Positions 1 through 9,525 of a stretch of 64,000 nt of DNA are shown one piece after another. Made by a program: the position numbers and the translations under genes. Origin of the DNA: Bacteroidota bacterium (GTDB lineage Bacteria > Bacteroidota > Bacteroidia > M30B66); contig CANHIS010000001.1 of NCBI GenBank assembly GCA_947460255.1, positions 12,113 through 76,112 of the forward strand, given 5' to 3'. Every line of letters begins with the position of its first letter. Positions within the stretch are counted from its first letter, which is position 1. The notes under the pieces were generated by a model. The model was given only the letters and a program-made list of their open reading frames with translations. It had not been told where the DNA came from and did not search any database.

Positions 1-1614
1 GTATTTTCGCTGAGCGGATGCTTGAAAGACGATTTCAACAAGCTCTCTGAGTCTGAGTGGGCTCCCGATTTGGCATTTCCAATTGTTTATTCTGATTTGG
101 GTATTGAAGACATTGCCACCCAAAAAGACAGCACCGTTACAGTAGGAATTGGTGCAAATAATATTGTAGAAATCATTTACACAAGCTTCAACTACACACA
201 AAGAGCAAATGAACTGATTACTTTACCAAGTTTTCTTGAAACCATGAATCCTTCGTTAAGCCCGGCAAATGTTCAAGCATTTAACGGGAACTCAACAATT
301 GGAACTACTATCACCGATTCAAGCACTTTTACCTTCAGCTACAGCCTCGACAATCAACTCAGTGCTGCAGCAGTGCTCGATACAGCGTTTCTAAAATCGG
401 GCATTCTGAATGTTAAAATCAACTCTCAACTCCCGCAGAACTGCCTGATCAGAACAGAAATACCTCAGTTGTTTATTAATGGTCAAGCGTTTTCGCAGAA
501 TCTCACCCTTAATTCATTTGGATCAACACCTGTTGTAAATGAACTTACGCGAAACCTCAACAATGCTTATTTGGTAGGAAGTACAGAGAATATTCAGGTC
601 AAGTTTTATATTACTGTTACAAGAACCAATGCTGCGGCATTGCCCACCAACAGCCAATTTTCGGCCGAAGTAGAAATTGCAGATCCAGAATTCAGGAGAG
701 TTTCGGGGTATTTCGCAGGCCTGCAGATGCCCGTTGTAACGCGCGATACAATGTTTATAGGTATTTTCAGAAATGCTATCGAAGCATTGGAATTAGATTT
801 TGAAGAGCCGGCAGCAGAAATCAGCTTGTACAATTCTACTGGATTAGATTTTACGACATCAATTACTGATGTGGAAGCTCTACGTCCAGGATTTTCGATT
901 CCACAAGTGCAAAGCTCAAGTTACAATCAACCATTTGTGCTTTCAAGTCAAAATCTTAACACTTCAGAACCCGGCTCCGAAATCATTCAATTCACTGCAA
1001 ACAATGGTTCTAACATCCGAAACGTGGTGAATTCATTACCGAAATCTTTAGTCACTGAAACCACCGTTAGCCCAATCGTTTCACCAAGCCAATGGGGCTA
1101 TTTATTAGATACAAGCCGAATCGGCATCCGCACCGATCTCAAACTTCCACTTGATGGCTTAACCTTGAAGCTTTTGTTGGTTGATACATTAGACTTTGAT
1201 TTTTCGGGCATCACAAGCGATATAGAATCGGGCTTAATTCGAATAAACACCGTCAATGGCTTCCCCACCGAAAGTAACGTACAGATCTATTTTTGTAGAA
1301 AAAACATAAATGGATTTGGCCAAACCACATCACTCACCAAAATCGACTCTCTGTTCAATACCGGTGATGAATTGATCTTGGCATCAGGTGTAACAAATTC
1401 TACAGGTTTAGTAACTACCCCAAGTCAGCGAATTGTAGACGCTACCATTAACCAAAATAGATGGTCGGAAATTTTAAATAGCCAAGCTGATGCACTCTTA
1501 ATCAAGGCCGAATTCACCACCTTTAATCAAGCACTCGATATTGTGAAAGTGTTCGAAAGCAACAGGCTACAACTTCGACTTGGTGCCAGAATTCAGGTGA
1601 GAAAAAAATTCTGA
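1..1614 (+). CDS. Hypothetical S/T/N-rich secreted or surface protein, 5'-partial. The reading frame is open back to the window edge, and the TTG at 22 is only the first possible start.
   Basis: Frame 1 has no stop between position 1 and the TTG at 22. The product is low-complexity, S/T/N-rich and non-enzymatic looking. Its stop overlaps the start of the next gene (ATGA at 1611-1614). Confidence 0.45.
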   Translation, partial: VFSLSGCLKDDFNKLSESEWAPDLAFPIVYSDLGIEDIATQKDSTVTVGIGANNIVEIIYTSFNYTQRANELITLPSFLETMNPSLSPANVQAFNGNSTIGTTITDSSTFTFSYSLDNQLSAAAVLDTAFLKSGILNVKINSQLPQNCLIRTEIPQLFINGQAFSQNLTLNSFGSTPVVNELTRNLNNAYLVGSTENIQVKFYITVTRTNAAALPTNSQFSAEVEIADPEFRRVSGYFAGLQMPVVTRDTMFIGIFRNAIEALELDFEEPAAEISLYNSTGLDFTTSITDVEALRPGFSIPQVQSSSYNQPFVLSSQNLNTSEPGSEIIQFTANNGSNIRNVVNSLPKSLVTETTVSPIVSPSQWGYLLDTSRIGIRTDLKLPLDGLTLKLLLVDTLDFDFSGITSDIESGLIRINTVNGFPTESNVQIYFCRKNINGFGQTTSLTKIDSLFNTGDELILASGVTNSTGLVTTPSQRIVDATINQNRWSEILNSQADALLIKAEFTTFNQALDIVKVFESNRLQLRLGARIQVRKKF

Positions 1615-4004
1615 TGAAACACACGCTCCTCTTCATCAATTTTTGTTTGTTATTTCTGTTTGGAACTCCAGACGGCAAAGCACAAAGCGATTTCACACTT
1701 GGCCATAAAACCTTTTCTCCACACGGCTTGAGGGTAAATCCTGCAGCCATGCCAACGGTAGATTTGTTTATCGGACTTCCAATTATTTCCAATAGTTCGG
1801 CATCGTTTGGCAACAACAGTTTTACGTACCGCGACTTTGTGAAACAAAAAGTCAATTCCGATTCTATCTATTTCGATTTCGATGGATTAATCAGTAATAT
1901 GAATGCGCGGCCATCGATCAACCTGATGGCACAAACCGACCTTTTAAGTTTTGGTTGGCTCGAAGGCCGCTACTACTTATCGGCAAACATCACTGAGAAA
2001 TTTGCCCTCAGAAGTAGATTTAGAAAAGAGCTTTTCGAATTGGGTGTTTATGGCAATGGCCCAACAATCGGAGAAACCACTAATTTGGGAGATCTTCGCC
2101 TTAACATGATCCATTACCGAGAATACGCAATAGGCGTTTCACGCGGATTTGGCTGCAAACTCAATGTGGGTATTTCGGCCAAGTTGCTTTACGGGATGGA
2201 GAATATCGACATCGACAGAAGCGACATTTCCTTTAGAACTGATGATGTTACATTCGACCTCACAGGAAGCTCCGACATCCTAATAAATACTTCTGGTTTA
2301 GATGGGTTTACGCAAGATTCACTTTCCCAATTCTCCTATTTATTCGAACGTGGAAATCGAGGCTGGGCAGCGGATCTTGGTGCTACTTACAACCACAATA
2401 AACACTGGAACTTCGGATTGAGCATTCTCGACCTCGGTCGCATAAACTGGAACTACAAACCGGTGAATTACTTCAACCAAATTGAGGAATTTACCTTTAA
2501 AGGCATCCCGATTAATCAGTTTTTTGTAAGCAGCACCGACAGCTTGCAAGACAGTTTTCAAAATCTACTCGATTCATTGTCTGAAATATTTAGCATTAAA
2601 GAACGCAACGAACGATATTCAAATGCGCTTCCATCGAGGTTCTACCTTACTTCGCGATACACCTACAACAAAAACAACGATCTATCCTTCCTATTCATGG
2701 GAAGCTTTTTCAAAGGAAGATTTCAGCCAGCAGCATCCATTGGTTATACGAAAAGGTTCAATGGAATTCTGGAATTCAATGCGAATTGGTCCTATCTAAA
2801 CAACACATTAGCAAATCTAGGTACTGGATTTACCCTCAACCTAGGACTTACACAATTTCATGTTTCAACCGATAATCTGATTGGTATTTTCGGACAGTAC
2901 AATACACGTAGCATCCAATTTAGAGCAGGAATTACATTTGTTTCTGATTATGAAAATGATCGCCCGAACTATTGCGACACCGACAAAGATGGCATTCCAA
3001 ACAAAAAAGATAGTTGCCCCGACGATGCTGGCCCACTTGCCTTAAATGGCTGTCCAGATACCGACAACGACGGAACACCTAACAAAGAAGATGATTGCCC
3101 ATTAGAACCCGGCCTTCCAATGTTGAAAGGTTGTCCAGACAAAGATGGAGATCAGACAATCGACAAAAACGACCTTTGTCCAACAGAACCTGGTCTTGCA
3201 TATTTGAAAGGCTGTCCTGACAGAGATTTGGATTCTATCCCCGATGGGGAAGATGAATGTCCGAACACCTTAGGATTACGAGAATTTAAAGGTTGCCCCG
3301 ACCGCGATTTAGATTCAATTCCCGACAAAGAAGATGAATGTCCGGACCGGAAAGGGCTCAAAATTTTTGGTGGATGCCCAGATTCAGATGGTGATAGTTT
3401 ACCCGATCAGTTAGATGATTGCCCTACCCTCTTTGGACTAAGAGGCTTAAATGGTTGTCCGCAAATCGACAAAGACGGCGATGGGTTGAAGGATGATTTG
3501 GATGATTGCCCAGAAGTGGCTGGCCCGATTTTAAACCGAGGTTGCCCTTATGATGATACCGACAAGGACATGATTCCGGACTTATTGGATAAATGCCCTA
3601 CGGTTCCTGGATCGGTAGAAAACAATGGTTGCCCAGAATTAGAAAAGGAAGAAACTCAAATATTGAAATCGGCCTTTGAAAATCTGGAATTTGAGTCGGG
3701 TAAGGCTGTTATTCGCTCAGGATCATTTTCTTCGTTGAATGGATTGGCAGAATTACTCAAGCAGAAACCCAACTGGCAGTTAATTATTACTGGTCATACC
3801 GACAATTCGGGCAAAGCAGAATCAAACCTGTTGTTATCGAAAAACAGAGCGCGTTCGGTAGAGCGCTATTTGATAGAAAGCGGCGTAAAATCGAGCAACA
3901 TAAAAGCAGAGTGGTTTGGACAAACCCGACCAATCGAAAGCAACGATACTGAGGCTGGGAAACAAAAAAACCGTCGTGTTGAACTAACGGTTAAATTTAA
4001 CTAA
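1614..4004 (+). CDS. OmpA-family outer-membrane protein. It has an N-terminal beta-barrel-like domain (possibly PorP/SprF-like), a central block of thrombospondin type-3 (TSP3) Ca-binding repeats and a C-terminal OmpA_C peptidoglycan-binding domain.
   Basis: There is a signal peptide (MKHTLLFINFCLLFLFG). The first ~440 aa form an aromatic-rich alternating pattern that ends in a C-terminal aromatic residue, with an NPA motif near the N-terminus. The TSP3 block has about 11 repeats of CPDxDxDGxPDxxDxCP. The C-terminus (TGHTDNSGKAESNLLLSKNRARSVERYL ... NRRVEL) is a canonical OmpA_C signature. Confidence 0.8.
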   Translation: MKHTLLFINFCLLFLFGTPDGKAQSDFTLGHKTFSPHGLRVNPAAMPTVDLFIGLPIISNSSASFGNNSFTYRDFVKQKVNSDSIYFDFDGLISNMNARPSINLMAQTDLLSFGWLEGRYYLSANITEKFALRSRFRKELFELGVYGNGPTIGETTNLGDLRLNMIHYREYAIGVSRGFGCKLNVGISAKLLYGMENIDIDRSDISFRTDDVTFDLTGSSDILINTSGLDGFTQDSLSQFSYLFERGNRGWAADLGATYNHNKHWNFGLSILDLGRINWNYKPVNYFNQIEEFTFKGIPINQFFVSSTDSLQDSFQNLLDSLSEIFSIKERNERYSNALPSRFYLTSRYTYNKNNDLSFLFMGSFFKGRFQPAASIGYTKRFNGILEFNANWSYLNNTLANLGTGFTLNLGLTQFHVSTDNLIGIFGQYNTRSIQFRAGITFVSDYENDRPNYCDTDKDGIPNKKDSCPDDAGPLALNGCPDTDNDGTPNKEDDCPLEPGLPMLKGCPDKDGDQTIDKNDLCPTEPGLAYLKGCPDRDLDSIPDGEDECPNTLGLREFKGCPDRDLDSIPDKEDECPDRKGLKIFGGCPDSDGDSLPDQLDDCPTLFGLRGLNGCPQIDKDGDGLKDDLDDCPEVAGPILNRGCPYDDTDKDMIPDLLDKCPTVPGSVENNGCPELEKEETQILKSAFENLEFESGKAVIRSGSFSSLNGLAELLKQKPNWQLIITGHTDNSGKAESNLLLSKNRARSVERYLIESGVKSSNIKAEWFGQTRPIESNDTEAGKQKNRRVELTVKFN
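2960..3645 (+). repeat. In-frame TSP3 calcium-binding repeat array, about 11 units. It includes a near-identical 81-nt tandem duplication at about 3207-3350.
   Basis: The motif D-x-D-x-D-G-x-x-D-x-x-D-x-C-P recurs. Units LKGCPDRDLDSIPDGEDECPN and FKGCPDRDLDSIPDKEDECPD are also nearly identical at the DNA level. Confidence 0.8.
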
Positions 4005-4056
4005 GCGATCAATTGGAAGCAATTGATTGAAACTTCAAAATGTAGGCAATAAAAAA

Positions 4057-4082
4057 CGCTCCACCAGAAAGCTGATGGAGCG
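4057..4082 (-). terminator. Rho-independent terminator hairpin for rpsT (minus strand). It may also terminate the converging plus-strand OmpA-family gene.
   Basis: The hairpin is CGCTCCAcCAG-AAAG-CTGaTGGAGCG. A T-run follows on the minus strand (plus-strand AAAAAA at 4051-4056). Confidence 0.5.
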
Positions 4083-4104
4083 TTGAACTTAAATCTTTAT
4101 CAGA

Positions 4105-4359
4105 TTAAGAAAGTGTGTTAACGTGGCGGGTAAGTTTCCCGATCAAATTACCCGCTTTGTTTTTGTGAATCACATTACGTTTTGCGAGTTTATCAAGCAT
4201 TGAGCTCACTTCTACCAAAAGAGTTGAAGCATCCTTTTTATCAGATGTTAGGCGCAATCTTTTCATTGCGTTTCTTGTGGTTTTGTGAAAATAGCGATTG
4301 CTCAAACGTTTAGTTTCGCTAGAGCGGATGCGCTTAATTGCTGACTTATGATTTGCCAT
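4105..4359 (-). CDS. rpsT: 30S ribosomal protein S20
   Basis: The N-terminus MANHKSAIKRIRSSETKRL is typical of S20. It is small and basic. Confidence 0.9.
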   Translation of the reverse strand: MANHKSAIKRIRSSETKRLSNRYFHKTTRNAMKRLRLTSDKKDASTLLVEVSSMLDKLAKRNVIHKNKAGNLIGKLTRHVNTLS

Positions 4360-4374
4360 TTTATTTTTTTATAG

Positions 4375-4446
<72 letters not shown>

Positions 4447-4629
4447 ATTTTTGAATTTGGACTGCAAATGTAGTCTAATTCACATTTCACGCAAGAGATG
4501 CACACTATGAAATGAACAGCAATAATACTAAACGCCTATTTATCAGCAACATAATTTTACAAAAACCTTTAAATTACAACCTACAAGCAAGTGAAACGGG
4601 CCAAAATATTGCTTACTTTTGCAGCCCTT

Positions 4630-5964
4630 ATGAATCGCGCAGGCAGAGTTTCCTTTTACACCCTCGGTTGCAAACTGAATTTTTCAGAAACTTCCACAAT
4701 AGCCAGATCCTTTAAAGAAATGGGCTATGAAAAAGTGGAGTTCGAAGATGTTCCTGATGTATATGTAATCAATACATGTTCTGTAACTGAAAACGCCGAT
4801 AAAAAATGCAAATCTCTTGTAAGCAAAGCATTGCGAGTGAATCCTGAAGCATTTATTGCCATCATCGGTTGCTACGCACAACTTAAGCCACAAGAAATTG
4901 CTGCAATTCCTGGTGTTGATTTGGTACTTGGTGCTGCGGAGAAATTCAATCTGCCAACCTACATCGCCGATCTTAAGAAAAACTCAGAAACCGAAATCCA
5001 CGCATGCGAAATTCGAGATGTTGAGCAGTTTGTACCGTCTTACTCAAAAGACGATCGCACCCGAACGTTCTTTAAAGTGCAGGATGGTTGCGATTATTCT
5101 TGCGCATTCTGCACAATTCCTCTAGCCCGTGGTAAAAGCCGAAGCGAAACGGTTGAAAAGACAATCGAGGCAGCTAGAAAAATTATTAAAGAAAGTTCGC
5201 CTTCTGAAATTGTACTCACGGGAGTCAATACAGGCGATTTCGGTCGTTATAATGGAGAATCGTTCTTCGATTTGGTAAAGGAACTCGACACATTAGATGG
5301 TGTTAGCCGTTTTCGAATTTCGTCGATAGAACCCAATTTGCTCACCGACGAAATCATTGCATTTTGTGCCCAATCTCAAAAATTCGTTCCGCATTTCCAT
5401 GTTCCGCTTCAATCGGGAAGCAATCGGATTCTTCGCTTGATGCGCCGACGATATCAACGAGAACTTTACACTCAACGTGTGGAAAGCATTCTTCACTTTA
5501 TGCCAGATGCCTGTATCGGTGTAGATGTGATTGTTGGTTTCCCCGGTGAAACCCGGGAAGATTTTCTCGAAACATACCAATACCTAAACGAATTGCCGAT
5601 TTCATATTTGCATGTTTTCACCTATTCGGAACGCGATAACACCTTTGCCATTTCTATGGAAGGCGTGGTAGACCAAAAAGAAAGAGCAGAAAGAAGTAAG
5701 ATGTTGAGAATCCTTTCAGAGAAAAAGAAACGAGCATTTTACAACCAGCACATCGGAAAATCTTACCCTGTACTTTGGGAAGCCGAAAAAACTGAAGATC
5801 AGATGTTTGGATTTACTAGCAACTACATTAAAGTAAAAACAATGTGGAATCCTGACTTGATCAATCAGATCAGGATTGCAGAAGTTACTTCCATCGATGA
5901 AGACGGAATTGCAGCTGTAAAACTGTTGCCGAAAACGACAGATCAAAACTTGGTGAAAGCCTGA
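4630..5964 (+). CDS. mtaB: Radical-SAM methylthiotransferase of the MiaB/RimO/MtaB family, most like MtaB (tRNA t6A37 methylthiotransferase). It has a C-terminal TRAM-like domain.
   Basis: Motifs seen are YTLGCKLNFSE, VINTCSVTENADKK, IIGCYAQ and the radical-SAM CAFCTIP. The ORF track starts at 4591. I moved the start to the ATG at 4630 because a TAnnTTTG -7 box (TActTTTG, 4614-4621) lies inside the longer ORF. Confidence 0.7.
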   Translation: MNRAGRVSFYTLGCKLNFSETSTIARSFKEMGYEKVEFEDVPDVYVINTCSVTENADKKCKSLVSKALRVNPEAFIAIIGCYAQLKPQEIAAIPGVDLVLGAAEKFNLPTYIADLKKNSETEIHACEIRDVEQFVPSYSKDDRTRTFFKVQDGCDYSCAFCTIPLARGKSRSETVEKTIEAARKIIKESSPSEIVLTGVNTGDFGRYNGESFFDLVKELDTLDGVSRFRISSIEPNLLTDEIIAFCAQSQKFVPHFHVPLQSGSNRILRLMRRRYQRELYTQRVESILHFMPDACIGVDVIVGFPGETREDFLETYQYLNELPISYLHVFTYSERDNTFAISMEGVVDQKERAERSKMLRILSEKKKRAFYNQHIGKSYPVLWEAEKTEDQMFGFTSNYIKVKTMWNPDLINQIRIAEVTSIDEDGIAAVKLLPKTTDQNLVKA

Positions 5965-5975
5965 ATTAAACGCTT

Positions 5976-7142
5976 ATGTATCCTACCATCAGTGAATTTC
6001 TGAAAACATTTGGCATCAACTTAAAACTGCCCGTTCAAACTTTCGGATTCTTTGTAGCGATTGCCTTTGGTGTTGCTGCTTACTTCCTTGGAAAAGAACT
6101 GAAACGAAAGCAGGAACAAGGTTTGATTAATCCAACCAAACGAAACCGAACAGTTGGAGCCCCTGCAAAACCCATCGAATATGTACTCAACGCCATTGGA
6201 GGTTTTGTGGCTGGATTTAAAATCGTTTACCTGTTAAGTAACTACACGTTATTCGCCGACAACCCTCAAGAAATGCTGCTTTCAAGTGAAGGTTCATGGC
6301 TAGGTGGATTTGCAGGTGCCATCCTTTTGGCTTATTGGAAATACCGTGAAGTGAAAGCAGCACTTCTGCCTCAACCTAAAATTGTTACAGAGGAAATAAA
6401 CGCTATCGATCACCTTGGAAACATCATCCTTTTCGGAGTGGTTGGCGGCTTGCTAGGTGCTAAAATCTTCCATAATCTTGAAAACCCCAGCGAATTCATG
6501 GCCGATCCAATTGGAGCGCTGCTTTCATTTTCGGGGCTCACTTTTTACGGAGGATTAATCGTTGCTGCATTTCTGATCATCCGTTACGGAAAGAAACAAG
6601 GCATCAAACCACTTTACCTCTGCGATGCAGCCGCGCCAGCATTGATGATTTCTTATGGAATCGGGCGAATCGGCTGCCAGATGTCGGGCGATGGCGACTG
6701 GGGAATCGTGAACACCGCACCGAAACCCAACTGGATGTCGTTTTTGCCAGACTGGATGTGGTCTTTCAAATTTCCGCACAACGTAAACAACGAAGGCGTT
6801 CCGATTCCTGGCTGCGTTGGCCGTTGGTGCAGCGAATTACCAGAGCCAGTTTTTCCAACCTCTTTCTACGAAACACTCATGGCCTTTGCACTTTTTGCCG
6901 TACTCTGGAGCATTCGTAAAAAAATCAACATCCCAGGAATGCTGTTTAGCATTTATCTTATCATGAACGGAATGGAGCGTTTTTTAATTGAAAGCATCCG
7001 TGTAAATTCTTTGTACCACATTGGCGGACTAGCAGTTACACAAGCTCAATTGATTTCCTCTTCCTTAATCATCCTCGGTATTTTCGGCGTTTGGTACACC
7101 AGAAAAAACCAAAACAAACTTACCGATGGAAAACTTTCCTGA
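5976..7142 (+). CDS. lgt: Prolipoprotein diacylglyceryl transferase (long Bacteroidetes-type Lgt)
   Basis: It is polytopic. It has an Lgt-like N-terminus and a GRIGCQMSGDGDWG motif resembling the Lgt GRxGN signature. Confidence 0.55.
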   Translation: MYPTISEFLKTFGINLKLPVQTFGFFVAIAFGVAAYFLGKELKRKQEQGLINPTKRNRTVGAPAKPIEYVLNAIGGFVAGFKIVYLLSNYTLFADNPQEMLLSSEGSWLGGFAGAILLAYWKYREVKAALLPQPKIVTEEINAIDHLGNIILFGVVGGLLGAKIFHNLENPSEFMADPIGALLSFSGLTFYGGLIVAAFLIIRYGKKQGIKPLYLCDAAAPALMISYGIGRIGCQMSGDGDWGIVNTAPKPNWMSFLPDWMWSFKFPHNVNNEGVPIPGCVGRWCSELPEPVFPTSFYETLMAFALFAVLWSIRKKINIPGMLFSIYLIMNGMERFLIESIRVNSLYHIGGLAVTQAQLISSSLIILGIFGVWYTRKNQNKLTDGKLS

Positions 7143-7932
7143 TCTAAACAAATTGGTTGAAGAGGTAAACAATCTCTGCAAACATGTTGGAAAATTCATC
7201 CGGCTTGAACAGTCGAGACTCACACAAAACGGCATCGAATCGAAAGGTATAAACGATTTTGTAACCTACGTTGACAAAGCCGCAGAAACACTTTTGGTAA
7301 GCGAGCTTCAAGCGCTTTTGCCTGGTTGCGGATTTTTAACCGAAGAAAAAACAGTTACCGAAGAAGAAAAAGATTTCATGTGGATCATCGATCCCATAGA
7401 TGGAACAACAAATTTCATACATGGCTTGCCCCTTTTTAGCATCAGCATTGCTTTGATGCACAAAAAGAAAACTGTGCTCGGTGTAGTGTATGAGGTTAGC
7501 CATGAAGAATGCTTTTATGCTGTTGAAGGCGGAAAGGCCATGCTCAATGGAAAAGAAATTCAAGTGTCGAAACGCGATGCTTTAAAGGATTCTCTCCTTG
7601 TTACCGGTTTCCCTTACCGAGATGAAGGCCGACTTGAGGCTTGGATGCAATTGTTTATCAGCCTCCTAAGAAAATCACATGGTGTGCGCAGACTCGGATC
7701 AGCAGCCATCGATTTGGCTTATGTTGCCTGCGGAAGATTCGAGGCTTTTTATGAGTATGGATTAAGTCCATGGGATGTTGCAGGCGGCGCTTTTATCGTG
7801 AAGCAAGCAGGCGGCTTGGTAACAGATTATTCAGGTGGCGACGATTTCATTTTTGGGAAAGAACTTTTGGCCGGCAATGGATTAATGAATGAAGAATTAC
7901 GTGCAGTAATCTTGAATGAATTCAACAAGTAA
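7126..7932 (+). CDS. Inositol-monophosphatase family protein (SuhB-like)
   Basis: WIIDPIDGTTNFIHGLP is the IMPase metal-binding motif. Confidence 0.85.
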   Translation: MENFPDLNKLVEEVNNLCKHVGKFIRLEQSRLTQNGIESKGINDFVTYVDKAAETLLVSELQALLPGCGFLTEEKTVTEEEKDFMWIIDPIDGTTNFIHGLPLFSISIALMHKKKTVLGVVYEVSHEECFYAVEGGKAMLNGKEIQVSKRDALKDSLLVTGFPYRDEGRLEAWMQLFISLLRKSHGVRRLGSAAIDLAYVACGRFEAFYEYGLSPWDVAGGAFIVKQAGGLVTDYSGGDDFIFGKELLAGNGLMNEELRAVILNEFNK

Positions 7933-8812
7933 CCCACATCCGAATAGCCAGATTCTCTTCTTGGTAAATCCAATATCAGGAGGAAAAAGAAAAGACAAGC
8001 TTATCACAAAGCTCGTTGAGCTGCTTCCTCAAAAAGGAATTGAAGCTGAAGTAATTCTTACCACGAGCAAAGAAGATACCATCCAACAAGCGGCAGAGGC
8101 CGTTCGAAAAAACTATAAAATCGTTGTTGCTGTGGGTGGCGACGGCACTATTAACGATATCGCTTCGCAGCTTTCAGGCACAAATACCTCGCTAGGCGTC
8201 ATTCCGATGGGTTCTGGAAATGGCTTGTCGCGCGAATTGAAAATTCCATTTAACATAGAAAAAGCAGTCGATGTTATTCTACGTCATCGTGTAATGCAAG
8301 TGGATACCGGATATATAAATGATAAACCGTTTTTCAACATCGCGGGAATTGGTTTCGATGCACACATTGCAGGCTTATTCGAACAAGCGAAATCGCGCGG
8401 ATTGATAGGCTATATAAAGTTGATACTACAGTCGTTTCACCAATACGTTCCCGAAAAATACACGATCCATTTGAACGGAAAAACCTTTTCACAAACGTCA
8501 TTCTTAATCGCTGTTTGCAACGGACGACAATTCGGCAACAACGCTTGGGTGAACCCAGAGGCAATCCTCGACGATGGTAAATTCAACATTACGGTAATTC
8601 GTTCGGCACGCTGGTTTGAAATTCCTGGATTGCTTTGGTGGATGTTCCAACAAAAAATCAAAAGAAGCAATCAAGTAGATACATTCATAATTAATGAGAT
8701 TCGAATAGAAAGAGAAAATGATGGTTTAGTAAACATAGATGGCGAACCAGTAAACATGTCGAAAACGCTCTATTTTAACATCGTTCCAAAAAGCCTGAAA
8801 GTAATTCACTAA
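7916..8812 (+). CDS. Diacylglycerol/lipid kinase catalytic-domain protein (YegS/BmrU family)
   Basis: The motifs VAVGGDGTINDIA and GSGNG are present. Confidence 0.8.
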   Translation: MNSTSNPHPNSQILFLVNPISGGKRKDKLITKLVELLPQKGIEAEVILTTSKEDTIQQAAEAVRKNYKIVVAVGGDGTINDIASQLSGTNTSLGVIPMGSGNGLSRELKIPFNIEKAVDVILRHRVMQVDTGYINDKPFFNIAGIGFDAHIAGLFEQAKSRGLIGYIKLILQSFHQYVPEKYTIHLNGKTFSQTSFLIAVCNGRQFGNNAWVNPEAILDDGKFNITVIRSARWFEIPGLLWWMFQQKIKRSNQVDTFIINEIRIERENDGLVNIDGEPVNMSKTLYFNIVPKSLKVIH

Positions 8813-8918
8813 CAAAACAACCAAAGATTACTATTTCCAATACTTAACAAGTATTAGCATTTTAGTTAAAGTTATATGTAGTCGCTTGCATGAATAGTTA
8901 GATCCAATTACCTTTACT

Positions 8919-9464
8919 TTGAAACGGTTCGAAAACAAAATGAGATTAATTAGAAAATCACTGCTCATTCTGCTTGCATTTATCGCAATGGTATTGGCAG
9001 TTGCATGGTTTATTCCAGCAGATTTTTCTATCGAATCCTCCATCGAGGTAAATCAACCGCTGATTGAAACGCAAAATGAATTTTCGGATCCAGAGGCTTG
9101 GAAAGAATGGACTAACTGGAAAATCAACGATTCTGTGCAAACAGATGAAACAGTTCTTGCTTTTATACCCGTTCCGGGGATGGGTGACGCAGGATTTAGT
9201 GGGAAATTGTACCAGTTTAAACCTGTAGAGGTAATCTCCGAAGAACTTTGGAGTTTCGAATCCGGGGAAACAGGAAGCAAAATAAATTGGAAATCTTCTG
9301 GTACGCTCAGCTATCCTTTAGGCCGGATTTATGGGTTGTTCTTTTCTGAAATCCGCAGATCTGAAATGGAAGCTCGCCTCGATAGCTTGCGCAATTACCT
9401 CGAAAGTACAATCGATGTTCCGCCTGCTCCACTCGACCAACCTGCAACATTACAACCCGAATAA
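8919..9464 (+). CDS. Hypothetical membrane-anchored or secreted protein
   Basis: It has an N-terminal hydrophobic segment. No motif was recognised. Confidence 0.35.
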   Translation: MKRFENKMRLIRKSLLILLAFIAMVLAVAWFIPADFSIESSIEVNQPLIETQNEFSDPEAWKEWTNWKINDSVQTDETVLAFIPVPGMGDAGFSGKLYQFKPVEVISEELWSFESGETGSKINWKSSGTLSYPLGRIYGLFFSEIRRSEMEARLDSLRNYLESTIDVPPAPLDQPATLQPE

Positions 9465-9525
9465 TTCCAAATCAACATATACGAATCTGAACTTAACCAC
9501 GTTTCGGCTGTTCTTTCTTAGAACT

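Noticed and set aside
1-1614. Considered calling the first protein a T9SS type-B-CTD cargo (SprB-like) cognate to the downstream PorP-like barrel
   Set aside because: Its C-terminus (…RLQLRLGARIQVRKKF) does not resemble the CHU_C/type-B CTD pattern I know. The gene is 5'-truncated, and the evidence is insufficient.
3152-3361. 69-aa minus-strand ORF inside the TSP3 repeat region
   Set aside because: It is antisense to a well-supported repeat-containing CDS. Its product is low-complexity and merely mirrors the repeat, so it is an artefact of the repeat.
4512-4715. 67-aa plus-strand ORF overlapping the mtaB start
   Set aside because: It is out of frame with the strongly supported radical-SAM gene and covers its promoter region, so it is a spurious ORF.
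8919-9464. Possible SRPBCC / lipid-binding fold for the 181-aa hypothetical protein
   Set aside because: This rests only on vague size and secondary-structure feel. No motif supports it.
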